Shown here: in pieces, positions 50,961 through 63,544 of the stretch
Numbering within the stretch: the stretch's first letter is position 1
How the letters are laid out: each line of letters begins with the position of its first letter
NCBI RefSeq assembly: GCF_006345805.1
Contig: NC_042999.1
Span: 99,014,001-99,078,000 of the forward strand
Reading direction: 5' to 3'
Source of the DNA: Octopus sinensis
Lineage: Eukaryota
DNA: 64,000 nucleotides
Notes under the pieces: generated by a model
Told to the model about the DNA's origin: nothing
Databases searched by the model: none
The model's input: the letters and a program-made list of their open reading frames with translations, nothing else
Program-made: the position numbers and the translations under genes

Positions 50961-53455
50961 TGTACATGTTTTTTATTATATGTATAGACTCCTGTGGTTA
51001 GTAAATAAAAGTTTATTATTGTTGTTGCTGTTCCTGTTGTTGTTCTGTATTCACACAACAGTGAAGTTAGTGATCCTGCCAGTTTTATTCACTGAATATC
51101 AGTTTGCTACTTTTATCTTCAGATATTCAATTTCTATCTTAAGATTTTAGCTGCACCAAATGGACACGCTTTATGCAATATCACAAAGATATTTACATTG
51201 TAATTAGTGACCCTATTATGATAGGAATTACTCTTAATTTCCTGCAGTTTCAAAGCTTCTCCACCTTTAATTCTTGGTATCTACCTATTTTCACATTGTC
51301 TTATTTCTTTACCCTGGCTTCAAGCAGGTTATTTCTATTAGCATACAGGTTCTAAAATTTTACTTTATTGTAACAGTATCTGACCTTAAGTTTTCTAATC
51401 TCTTGTCGTTGTGGATTTTCATCATCATCATCTTCAGCAGCAGCAGAATTTAACATCCATTTTCCATGATGGCATGGGTTAAACTGTTTGGCAGGATCTG
51501 ATGGACCAAAGGACTGCACTGTGCTCCACTGTCTGCTTTGGTATGGTTTCTGCAGTGTTGACCAAATAAATAGTTTATTAATTTGTGAAATGAGCTATAA
51601 TTTCAGTCTGTTAGATTGGGCAATTACCATCTTAAAATTGTAACGGTACACTGTTTAATGCAATATTTAATACATCAGGCTAGAAAAAATGTCAGAATGG
51701 TTGCAGCTAGAACATGTCTTTACATTCAGACTTATTAAAAAACAACAACTTAGGTTCTTTGTTATTTTGACTTATTTAACTTGTATTTATTTAATTACTT
51801 TTTGAAATATGGACAGCTAAACCAGACTTCTTTAAGATTCAAACTCAGAAGTGGTGTCAAAGAGATTAACAGTTATCAATCTACTGTTCAATGTTTTTTT
51901 ATTTCAATCTGAGGAAGAAGAGCAACAGCTATGATCTTTTATCAGGAATGTATCAGTGGCTATTTATTGATGACTTCTATATATTTTTTAGACATTTGGG
52001 TCCCATTGAAGACACTCAAATTTATTTTGATATATAGAGAAAAGAAAATGATTTCTTTGCTAAACTTATGGCTTGAGATCAGAACTGGAAGTTGTCATTA
52101 CATTCTGCAATTTATACAATGGCTTCACTTCTTGTATCAGTGAAATGTAATCCTTAATGACAATCTGTTTGCTGCTATTATATTCAGCTCTTAAAGTCAT
52201 TTTAACATCAAGTGTAAAGTAGTTCTAAGAGATTCCAAATGCAGAACAAATGACAATATATTTCACTAATGGACCCTTTCGGCCAGTATCCTGGCATTCT
52301 ACCAACTTGTGCTATGGCACTTGATATTGTCTTCTCAGACATGCTGAAGAATGAGTCTTAGTATAACTACAATCCTGATGCAACACACTACTGTTATACG
52401 TAGTGTTAATATAGCATAGTATGTTAAGGCAGACTCATTTGAACACTGGGCTAAATGCTTAGCAGCATTTTGTCTTTCCTTATGATCTAAATTCAAATTC
52501 TGCCAAGGTTGACTTTGCTTTTCATCTTTTCAGGGTTGATAAAATAAGTACCAGTTGAACACTGGGGTTGATGTAATCGAATCACCCCTTCCACCTAAAT
52601 TGCTGGCCTTGTGCCAAAATTTGGAAAGAATATTGCATAGTGTGTTGACTGGTGTTATCAGGTCAATCTTGGTTAAGTAGACCTATGACCAAAGATGTTC
52701 CATTCATGATCATCCCATCTTTTTAGAGCATGTTATATTACATTATACAATGTGCCTTTTTCCCAAGAAGGTAAGGTTTGATTTCATGGAGATTTAGCTG
52801 CTGTTTCTAATAAATTTGGCAGCCAAATATATCTCCCATGTTAGTATAACAGTTGTTATTTACCTCTTAGATCAGCTCTGATTAAGTAAACCATTGATCA
52901 AAGATGTTTAAGCTGTAACCATTCTGTATATTCCTTCAGACAGTAGTTTTAGAATTAACATTTCTTACAGGTTGAATGATCATGTAGAGAATTTCTTGTT
53001 GATTAGTATTTTAGCATGGTATTTTGTCAGAACACAGCAATGAAGCAGAAGGTTGCCAATGTGATTCTTCATAGCAGTAGATTTGAATGTATTTGTATGG
53101 TTCTCATAAGAATTAAAATCTGCCCTGCCTCAGTTTTATATTATATAACCAAATAAAACATGAATATGACTAAGTTTGCTTTAACAAAACATAAATTCTG
53201 TACTTCAAGTAATGAGTCATAAAATCAATATTTTCTTCTGATATAATCTATGTTTGAATGCTGCTGGGAGAGTTGAATGACTTATATTGACTCCTTATCC
53301 ATTACTCATTTCTCATTTACTCAACTTTTCTAGATTAAAATATTTTCTCTCTCTTTATATGAATATCACATTTTTAAATAATTGCTTCATAGATGCAAAT
53401 TTACTTGTTTGTTTCAATATGATCCTTACTGTTCTTCTGCCTTTTTGTTTTGTAG

Positions 53456-53530
53456 CCTGGTTGTGTAAATACTACTGAAGTAGATATCAAAAAGGCATGT
53501 CGAATGAACAGACATTCAAAAATGACAAGG
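53456..53530 (+). CDS. RGS7: R7-RGS coding exon, 75 bp: PGCVNTTEVDIKKACRMNRHSKMTR
   Basis: tgtAG acceptor after a T-rich tract and GTAAGT donor; phase 0 to 0; matches PGCVNTTEVDIKK. Confidence 0.95.
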
Positions 53531-55790
53531 GTAAGTAACAAAACTATTTGCCATAAGATATATAAGAGATATACAGGTGATGGAGATGAATAAATGGAGT
53601 TGATGATGATGAGTAAGTATGGGGATTGGAATGGGGGAAATGACTACAGAATTTGCTAAATGTAAACAGATCTGAGGAGATAATCTTGAGTAAATATCTT
53701 TGAAAAAATTATGTAACTGAATTTATGAGATTAGCTTAATATTGAGAGCTGACAATTAATTTTGAATGAACAACATTAATGAGCTTTTAAATATACTAAA
53801 GCTGTGCTTTGCACTTTGACAGACATTGTGATTTATTAAGAATGAATGGATTAAAGTAGCTTGAAAATATCTATAATTTAAGTGAACAACGTAGTTAAAA
53901 ATCACAAATAAAAATATTGAATTACAAATTGCAATACAGACAATTGAATTACTATTCTGACTAAAATATTATGTTTCTCTTTTTTCTTTTTTTTTCCTTG
54001 ACTTGTCCTTTAAATAGTTTATTTATTCATTTGAAAGTTAAATATTGCAATTTTAATATAGATCATGTTTTGTGGGTTTAGACATTTATTTTCTATTTAA
54101 AAACTTTGAATTGAAAAAAAAAGCTCAGTTATCCTTTGAGATATGATTTAAAAGGAATGTACTTTATTAATTGGAATGAAATTTACCCTTTTTCTAATAT
54201 CCCTCCTCTAATATGTATGCTATTTGCTTTTTTGAATACTTTGTTCTAACCTTTACAATTATAATTACTCCTTTTCTTTACTATTTTCATCTTTCAATTA
54301 TCTAATTGTCTCTTGTTTTCTAACAATTTCCCATATTCCTTGACAATTACTTTATATTTAAGGCTCAGTGCATTGGCTGTAACCCCTCTCTCTTGTCATA
54401 ATGGTTCTTTTCAAGGCTTCTGTATGTAAATGTATTTTTGATTTTTCACTTTTCAGAGCAGTCTTTTTTGACAGCATAGAATTAGGGAGCTCTATTGCTG
54501 TGCCAATTTAAAAATATCTACCAATGTATGTAAACATTTATTACAGTCATGTACTAATGGAAACTGCAGTGTGCTAGCAACCAGTCCACAGTTCAAGATA
54601 ATAGCTAAGGACAGAAAGACAAAACAAGGTAAAAGGACACACTAGTACAGATCTAATTCACCTATGCTAGCATGCTAAAATGGACATTAAAGTAATATTG
54701 CTACTGCTGTTGACAAATTGTTGCTGTCCTGGTTGCTAGTTGCTATTTTGTACTGTTACTATTTTACCTAGCTAATGCCTTATATCCACCACTACCATTA
54801 CTGCCACTGCCACCATTATTATCACACCTTACCCCACAACAACCTTGTAGAAATATGTAGATGAGACTGAGAATGGACAATGTCATCTGAGTAAAAACTT
54901 TGAGTTGGTGGTTGATGGTAGCTAGTTCTATGGTAAGCTGAAGAATACACATAATGAGATTAGATTTCATTTACAGTAAGTTGTTGAAAAGTATTCTTCA
55001 AAGAGAGAAAACTTGGTTGGAAACAATTCTATAAAGCTATGCTGCACATTCTAGCATGCAGAAACCTTTGAGTTGTACAGCTGTACTCTAGTGGATGGGA
55101 TAAACAAACAGTAGATCTTGTATTTTAGTGAAGGTGGTTCCAGTATAAAAGTTGATTACTCTGAAACAGCAGTTGCACATACTGTAAAGCTTTCTATTGT
55201 TAATAACTGCTTCTGAAATGCAGAGACCATGGATACATGCAACTTGTCCACTTCATGATAATCTAGATACCAATAACAATTTCAGCCACTAAACATTTGT
55301 GAATTAAGATCAAGGAATGTTTCAATAACTAAGAATCTCTTGTAGAGAAGTTATGTCTGCATGTAAATTATGATATATCTTTAAGGTTCTTTGATTTTTG
55401 ATAGTTTCAAATATTAAAAAAATATGTTTGAACATTGCAAAAGCCAAACATGTTATCTAATACTACCATGTTTAAAAGATTGGTTTCCATTCCTGTGACA
55501 GCATATTCTTAGAACTGAAAGGTTCATTTAATTGGTTACAAAGTAAGAAACCTAAAAGTAAGAAATGACTGAAAAATATATTATGAACCTTTCAAAGAAT
55601 TACATTCAATAATTCTATTAAATAACCAGCTGGAATTTTCTTAAGTGTTAAATTTGGTTTTGGTAAGCCTGCAAGTTTCCACTTTCTTTCCTTTATAATG
55701 TTGCTTATTAAAAAATTGCTTTCAAGGCTTTCAGATTTTTCCCTTCTCATTCACGTATTAATAACTCTTTACACAATATATATATGTGTG

Positions 55791-55832
<42 letters not shown>

Positions 55833-58261
55833 TAATATATATATATATATATAATATATATATATCCACACTGTTATATTTTAAAATCAATGGGTTCCAT
55901 TAATATTTAATACCTCTTATATTCATTTACACAAGAACTCTGGCTTTATTTTAAAATATACTGCAATTGCTAACCTTGTTTTCTATCTAGCATTTGATTT
56001 TACTAATTGTTGTTTTTCTTGTTAATTCTATAACTTCCTACCATTTTAACTATTAAAAAACTTCTATCATTTATTGGATCTGCTTTATAATTACTACTAA
56101 CTATTACCTGTAATGTTTATGAAAATTATACTTATACTTTACTTTATACATACTAATTATTTTGGAGAACATTTTCTTTTCTTCTAAAGTGTCTTACATA
56201 TTTTTATTTATTGTGATGTATCACTTTATTTCAATTTCTCTAACAATGACATTGTGTTAAGTAAAAATGACCTTAATTTTTTTAGTTTGGACCATAAATA
56301 ATATACATTTTCTTGTTCATAATTTACTTCATATGCTAATGCATTCAAAATGTTGTTATTGTTTAGTGATAGGATATCACTATAACTTATAATTCGAGAA
56401 GGTAAATCAAAAACTTCCATGTGTTTGCACTGATATATGTGCATATGGTTTTATGTAGGAATGCTAAAAAATTTCTTCAGTTAATATAATCTTCTCCCAA
56501 CACTTCATATTTGAAGTAAGAGAAATATATGCCAATATAATAGAAATTTATAACTTAAACCTCCCACACAGTTTTTTAGAGAGGTGATGCCTTTGATCTA
56601 TAATTTTTAATATTTTTTAATGTACAAAAAAAAAACTAAAAATCAAACAGAATTTTTTCTGTTAAGCATGAAATTATAAGAAGAAACCACTTAACTTAGT
56701 CATAGAGTTGCATAGTTTAAGTTTTAGAGCTATGAGGAAATATGTTTTTGATTAATATCTCCTCTCCAATGTTTGGACACTTACAATATTATACTTTAAA
56801 ACTTACATTACATGAATTAAAAGTGAAAGAAAACTTATTGAACTACTTATCCATGAAACTAACTCATTTCATGCCTCAGGCTTAGTGTTATGTGTCTGAA
56901 TTTTGGCATTATTTTCTCCCATTTTGAGGCATCGAAGTTATAATATTTCAGTTCTAAAATAATGCTAAAATGTACGTTCTGGTCTAAAGAAACCAGGATC
57001 CTTCTTGAAGTTTACACAAGTTACTTTTGTGGAGATGTATAGTGTGGTAAACCAAGATATGATGTGACCTTAATTGCTAACTGCATTTCCAAGTGTCACA
57101 AGAAAAAATATGTTTGTTAATTTGCTATATCCATTTTCTGCATTCAGTGGCACATCTTCAAGTGGCAACAACCAAGATTCATTTCACAATGCTGCATAGT
57201 GGCATTTGAGGATTTAATATGTCTGCCTCTGGTTGATATTTCACCTCTTAGTCATTTCAGTTCCTCTCTATCTATACTATTAACAAACTTTATCCTGCTC
57301 TCATCACTTCTCTCTCAGAATTACTATCTTTAAGCCCCAATTAACTCATCATTAGTATTAGTTACATCAGTTATAAAGATTCTGTATTATTTTTCAGAGA
57401 AGATAGGATTTTAAATTTATTATATTTTAGTGAGTGAAATATTTTTTCTGAATAATCTAGTATACTGAGAAAAGTAGCCCATATTGGATTGTATGATACT
57501 GGCATGTATCTAAAAGTTTTGACATTTCTTGCTATTGTCACAGACTCTGCTTTGGTTTTGAATGATTTTTTAGTTCTTTGAGAGAAGAAAAAATTTATTC
57601 ACTAATCCATAATCTGGTTTCTTCCATTCGATTCTTAATTTTAACATCTCCCCTTTCGCAGTTACTCTGAGTTGATTACATTTAGGAGTTTGGGTTTTTC
57701 AGATACTCATAGAAATTTTGTCAGCTATTGATATGCAGAGGAAAATACGCTGGAAGTTTTTCTATATCACCCTATTCAAAATGTTTGGTTGTGTAGTTTC
57801 CCTGAAGCAGTTCTGCTAAACTCCAATCAAATGGATAAAATGAAAACCTCAAATAGATTAATAATCAGCTGAATTAATTACTATTCTAGCAATAATTCAC
57901 TTCAAAAATTTATCCATCTAATCTAAGGGTTTCTTTTCTTTTGATTATCTAATTATTTTATGTTTATCATTAATAATCAGTTATGTTAGTGAAAGCATGT
58001 TATTGATTAAAAAATATCCAGGATTTAGCTTTTTTAACATTTTAATCATTAAAAACATTTACACTCATTCCATGAACTCTGAGCTCATTGACAAATTTTC
58101 TATTGCTCCTTTCTTCATTTAGAACTAGCATTTATGGAATATTTATTGTCTCTCCCTTCTACAAATGTATGAAAGTAGATTCTCTCAAAACATCTACAGG
58201 AATGAAATCTACAGATTATAAAACTTTTTCTTGGTTTTAAGCTCCACTGAATTTGTTGATG

Positions 58262-58295
<34 letters not shown>

Positions 58296-58301
58296 TACAT
58301 A

Positions 58302-59130
58302 CAGAGTGTGTTGGGTAAATTGCCGCTATTTTATATCTTCAATTTCATGCATGCACATTGCTTGTTTTTGATTTGCCAATACACAGCATAGTAGGGTATG
58401 GGCATTGTATGTGAGAAAAACAGTACCAATGCAATTTACTATGCCAGAATTTGGAATGACATGTGTACTGCTTGCATTCTGCCAGAAGCTCCAGTATGAA
58501 CATTGCAAGGTTTGGGTCAATTGAGGACAGGGCAGTCTGAGGAGATGTACCAAGAGTGATAAAAATCAAACATGCAGTTAACATCATAGTGTTTGGTGTG
58601 ATACCGTGATGGCAAAATTATACTCCATTTGTCTTTCCCATACGGCCTAAAAATCAACATGGAGGTCTACATCAAGTGATGGAGGAGGTAGTGTTGACCT
58701 GGGGAAGAGGAAGGCGCTGAAGACCCTTGTCTGGAACAGGACTCTGCACAACGATGAACAGCAGGGAACCAGTCTGGCTGTCAGAATATTCGTGCGACCA
58801 CATCATAACATCTGGCCATCTAACTCCCCAGATACCAAACCCCCTTGGTTATTATATGTTGGGTACAGCTGAGCAGAGACTAACTAAAAAATCCTTGTAA
58901 CACCAAAGATGAACTGAGGCAAGGATTGGACAGTATTCACCAATTAAACAAAGAGGACCAGCCAGAGAGTTGCGGAGATTCCAAAGTCGTCTGGAGGCCA
59001 TGGTGGAAGCCAATGGCAATTTTATTGAATTAATTTATCTTAGTATTCAAGATATTTTATATAATTTGGTAAATATATCTGTTAAAATGAAATGTCAGTA
59101 TGATTTTAATTTTTGCATATTTAGACGACA
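58302..59130 (+). mobile_element. DD37D (maT-type) transposon, internally deleted and decayed; right end runs into the gap
   Basis: Starts TA|CAGAGTGTG; decayed motifs KIKH.VNI.VFGV, QDSA, IWPSNSPD and RRFQSRLEAMVEANGNFIE. Confidence 0.75.
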
Positions 59131-59230
59131 NNNNNNNNNNNNNNNNNNNNNNNNNNNNNNNNNNNNNNNNNNNNNNNNNNNNNNNNNNNNNNNNNNNNNN
59201 NNNNNNNNNNNNNNNNNNNNNNNNNNNNNN
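59131..59230. other. Assembly gap (100 N), followed by a (TA)n array to 59425
   Basis: Visible directly. Confidence 1.
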
Positions 59231-59255
59231 TATATATATATATATTATATATATA

Positions 59256-59302
<47 letters not shown>

Positions 59303-59328
59303 ATATATATATATATATATATAGGTGT

Positions 59329-59359
<31 letters not shown>

Positions 59360-59425
59360 GTGTATATATATATATATATATATAGGTGTATATATATATA
59401 TATATATATGTGTGTATATATATAT

Positions 59426-59831
59426 AACAATGATAAATCTCAGAACGAGTTATAAACAGTAGCGGTAACACATCGTGTTGCATATTTGCCATTTGAATAT
59501 GGCTAACCCATAAGGGTGGATGCTACTGTAGTTTGTAGCAGGGATCTGACTTCTCGTCGACAACCATGATTGGCACACGCTGATGAAAGGTAAACACCTT
59601 GAAACTCGGGTACGTGTATATCATGTGTTGAAGACGGGGAGGATGACTCCCCTTCACAAATACTGACAGGACACAGATAGTGTGTCTATAGCCAACTGGA
59701 GGAGATATCTTCCTGGGGCTACAAACTACAGTAGCATCCACCCTTATGGGTTAGCCATATTCAAATGGCAAATATGCAACACGACGTGTTACCGCTACTG
59801 TTTATAACTCGCTCTGAGATTTATCATTGTT
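59426..59831. mobile_element. 406-bp element: 114-bp inverted repeats (59426-59539, 59718-59831) enclosing a hammerhead
   Basis: Two mismatches seen between the arms; the left end abuts (TA)n. Confidence 0.8.
59575..59617 (+). ncRNA. Minimal type I hammerhead motif, apparently intact
   Basis: Helix I ACACG/CGTGT; CTGATGA at 59580-59586; helix II AAGGT-aaac-ACCTT; GAAA at 59601-59604; helix III ACTCGGGT (self-complementary with G-U pairs); GTA triplet ending at 59612. Confidence 0.8.
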
Positions 59832-59849
59832 TGATTTCACTTTTTCATT

Positions 59850-60190
59850 ATCAGTGTCAAATCGACACAACAATGGTTTCATTTGGCTTAACGAGTTTTC
59901 TCAAGCACAGCATATTGCCAAAGGTGTCAGTTACTTCTCATTGCCTTCATGAGGCCCAACATTTGAAGATCATGCTTCACCACCTCATCCCATGTCTTTC
60001 TGGGTCTACCTCTACCACAGAGATCGGCACTTCTTTTTCATGTCTGTGTTTGTCACCCACCTCTACTTTAGCATTGCTGGCAGTGTTGCATGCATCTGAA
60101 CTGGGGCTACCATGATAGGAAAGCTTGTTTCTCCTAGTCTTGAAAACCCTATAAACTGTCACAGTATTGCACTTCTTCCTCTGACCAAGC
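59850..60190 (-). mobile_element. Internally deleted RTE-clade LINE fragment
   Basis: Minus strand reads GRGRPRKTWDEVVKHDLQMLGLMKAM; an upstream decayed DAC..TAMLH-like segment is present. Confidence 0.65.
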
Positions 60191-61906
60191 AAAAGAAAAA
60201 GATTTTAAAAGAACAATGTTTTCAGACAGTTAAGGTGAGTGTAGATCATACTGGAAACATTTCTGTTTCACTCAATCTAAAACAAGGGTTTCTAATTTAA
60301 GCACAGGGCTAGTAATTTTGATGATAGGGATCAAATGATACCATTGACCTCAACACGTGTACTTTATTTTATTGACCTTGCAGAGATGAAAAGTAAAATT
60401 TGGGGGTCAAGAAAGTAGGGAAAAGGTAATTTTAGTGGATATGATGGTAATAATTCTGTTGTGTCTGGGGAGACTCATTTTCTTTTTGTGCCTTATAATG
60501 TAACACACTCACTGGTAAAATTTCCACTTATTTCTTGTTTTTATTTTCCTAAAATTTTCATTGCGTCTTGCAACCTTTTCAGTAGTCTTGATGGTAATAA
60601 TGTTTTTGTGTTTTGAATAGGAATCATAAAGGGCTGTGAGAATAAAAGACTTAACAACTGATCGCTTAGTTAGTAAAATCTTAGCACAGCCATTGAGTTG
60701 TTATTTTGAGAACAGTACCTAATTTTTCTTGTTCTTGCCAGTTTGACATGAAAAAAACAAAAACACCATTCCTATTTCATAGTCAAGTGATTAATGATAG
60801 GAATGATATTCAGCTGAAACATTAATTTTCTCAACAAATAAAATATTCACAAGCCATTTCATGTAAAACAGTTAAAAAGGCCAAACAAAGAAGTCACAAA
60901 TATCTTGGAATCTACGAGCTGTTTGAGATGACCAAAATTTTAGAATGGTTGAAAGAAACAATATCTGCAATGCAATACTGAAGCATTCAATTAGAATGGA
61001 TGGTTTTTAATGATTCTTTAATTAATTAACTTGTAATCATCACTTAATTTACACTCTTATTTATTATGAGCCAAAAGTAATTAATTACTCATTTTCTTTT
61101 CTCCAATCTAACCCAGAGATGTTTAATTGCGATGACATCTGCGACTCTTGTGGAATAATGAGAGAAAAGATGACAAAACATTTATAATACATGACTTCTA
61201 CTCTGCTATACAGTTTAAGAGCAGTGTCAGCGATCTTGTTAACTAGAATACAAAGCATTGAGTCAATACATATAAATATTTTATATATGACACTTAATAA
61301 CATGCACACTCAAACACACACGTACACATGCATGTACACACACATACACACACACGTATGTATATAAAAGCATTATAAGCACACAAAATAATTAGAATCA
61401 AAACAATATCTTCATTCTTAATATGGTCTGTCTGACTTGGTCATGAATAGGTTTTATGCTGTTAGATTTTGACTTCAGAGGACAACGTTTATATTTAGAT
61501 AATGTGTATTGACAATACTCATGCTTCAGTGATGTAGTGGACTCTGAGACACTATTTTCTCAGTATGATAGTGTCTCCTAAGTTAGTGGCACCCTCAGAA
61601 ACTCTAATGTCAAATGAGAATGGTAATTTTTTTTCCTATAGAATTCTGCAAGCGAAATATCTAGTGATGCATGTTAAAGCTTGCCCAGCGGATATTAAAT
61701 GATCATGAGCATGTAAAACAGTACGAATCAAAACAGTGATGTGCACATTTATTCTTAATCATGTTTCAGTAGAATGGATGCATTGGATGCTTTTTCTGTT
61801 GAATCCAGCTGCAAAAAGCATTTCACATCTGAATCTACTGGAATGTGTTGAGACTGGCTAGACATGTCATTTTACACACACACACACTTGTATGTATACA
61901 TACATG

Positions 61907-61967
<61 letters not shown>

Positions 61968-61992
61968 ATGCATATATATATATATATATATA

Positions 61993-62306
61993 TAAATAAT
62001 AATAAATATTAGGGAATAAATCCAAATTTACAGGGAAAAATCAGATTTATGATTGAATCCAATTTTATAGTAAAATATAATATAATATTAATTAGAGACA
62101 AAACCACTATTATGCAAATCAAACAAAGAAAGACTTAATCCAATACATAAAAAATTTTATATAAATTAAATATAATTAAGATATCCACTACGATCGTTTC
62201 TTGTCACTTCTATGGACATTCATCAGGTGGTTTCAAGACCTTCTATGCAATTTTGAACTATGTTTGATTTGCATAATAGTGGTTTTGTCTCTAATTAATA
62301 TTATAT
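61993..62306 (-). mobile_element. Penelope-like fragment: 46-bp perfect inverted repeats (62080-62125, 62261-62306) around a hammerhead, between (TA)n tracts
   Basis: Arms compared base by base; outer left boundary approximate. Confidence 0.7.
62185..62230 (-). ncRNA. Minimal type I hammerhead motif
   Basis: Minus strand CCAC CTGATGA A TGTC catagaagt GACA A GAAA CGATC GTA GTGG; palindromic helix III ACGATCGT. Confidence 0.78.
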
Positions 62307-62350
62307 ATATATATATGTATATATATATGTATTAAATATCCATCACAGCT

Positions 62351-62426
62351 GGTCTTACCAATCAGTTTTACGTAAAGAGTGTTAGGTAACAAACCAATTA
62401 TATAACTTTACACTCATCAGAGTTGG
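62351..62426 (-). ncRNA. CpG-decayed hammerhead relic
   Basis: Minus strand CTGATGA GTGTAAAG...CTTTACGT AAAAC TGATTG GTA AG; restoring CpGs gives GCGTAAAG/CTTTACGC, GAAAC and the palindrome ACCGATCGGT. Helix I is poor. Confidence 0.45.
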
Positions 62427-62704
62427 CTGATATGGAAGCGAATATAGTGACTGCTCTCTATTGTCAGAAGTGGATTAGCACAGCCAGCCAGCATTTGCTG
62501 AGAATGTGGTGTGTGGTATGTCTTGTGGTGTCATATGTATAATTTTTTCTGGAGGTGTAGGTATATATAGCTGTGTTCATTTGTCTGTTTACTTTCTGTA
62601 AAGGATAAAGATGTGCTGTGGGGGAGGTTATGTTACATATATGTATATGTACATTATCATCATCATCATCATTTAATGCCTGTTTTCCCTATTTTTCCCT
62701 ATTT

Positions 62705-62760
62705 GTCTCTGATGATGGAATATCCCATACTCTGGGATATCCTAGAAACAGCTGTAAGAC
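62705..62760 (+). ncRNA. Minimal type I hammerhead motif (same family as 31403-31454)
   Basis: Helix I GTCT/AGAC; CTGATGA at 62709-62715; helix II TGGAATATCCCA/TGGGATATCCTA; GAAA at 62745-62748; helix III ACAGCTGT; GTA triplet ending at 62756. Confidence 0.8.
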
Positions 62761-62984
62761 TGAATTTTTTCCAATAATAATAATGTATATGACTTGAGAC
62801 GTTTGCCTTGCCTTAATGTTTGTTGTCCTCTTTAAAAATTATACATCTGCTGCAATGGAAAGCTACAATGGCTCCATAACTACCATCTCGTCTATAACCT
62901 TGGAGCCCTAGTAATCTGTTACATAATTGGTTAGATCACCTGTGAACTAAACGCCCATACTTTGTATATATATACATATATATA

Positions 62985-63227
62985 GGTCCAGGAGTGGCTG
63001 GGTGGTAAGTAGCTTGCTAACTAACCACATGGTTCCGGGTTCAGTCCCACTGCGTGGCATCTTGGGCAAATCAGAACGTAAAATATTTTTAATTAAATAC
63101 AATATGGTCAATGAGGTAACGGTTGTACCAATCCATCAGTCTTATTTACATATTCTGCTATAGCCCCGGGCCGACCAATGCCTTGTGAGTGGATTTGGTA
63201 GACGGAAACTGAAAGAAGCCTGTCGTA

Positions 63228-63271
<44 letters not shown>

Positions 63272-63470
63272 TGTGTGTCTGTGTTTGTCTCCTAACATTG
63301 CTTGACAACCAATGCTGGTGTGTTTACATCCCCGTAACTTAGCAGTTCAGCAAAAGAGACCGATAGAATAAGTACTGGGCTGACAAAGAATAAGTCCCGG
63401 GGTCGATTTGCTCGACTAAAGGCGGTGCTCCAGCATGGCCGCAGTCAAATGACTGAAACAAGTAAAAGAG
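62985..63470 (+). mobile_element. tRNA-derived SINE, near full length, with an ~80-bp foreign insert
   Basis: Collinear with 30123-30468 except for 63070-63150; full tail ggcggtgctccagcatggccgcagtcaaatgactgaaacaagtaaaagag. Confidence 0.85.
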
Positions 63471-63478
63471 AATAAAAA

Positions 63479-63544
<66 letters not shown>

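Noticed and set aside
54440-54510. Strong acceptor (tttttcacttttcAG) as the next RGS exon
   Set aside because: The required phase-0 frame hits a stop after 17 codons with no good donor and no RGS similarity.
58970-59492. Long ORFs spanning the N gap
   Set aside because: Artefacts of translating Ns and (TA)n; only the first ~17 codons belong to the maT transposase end.
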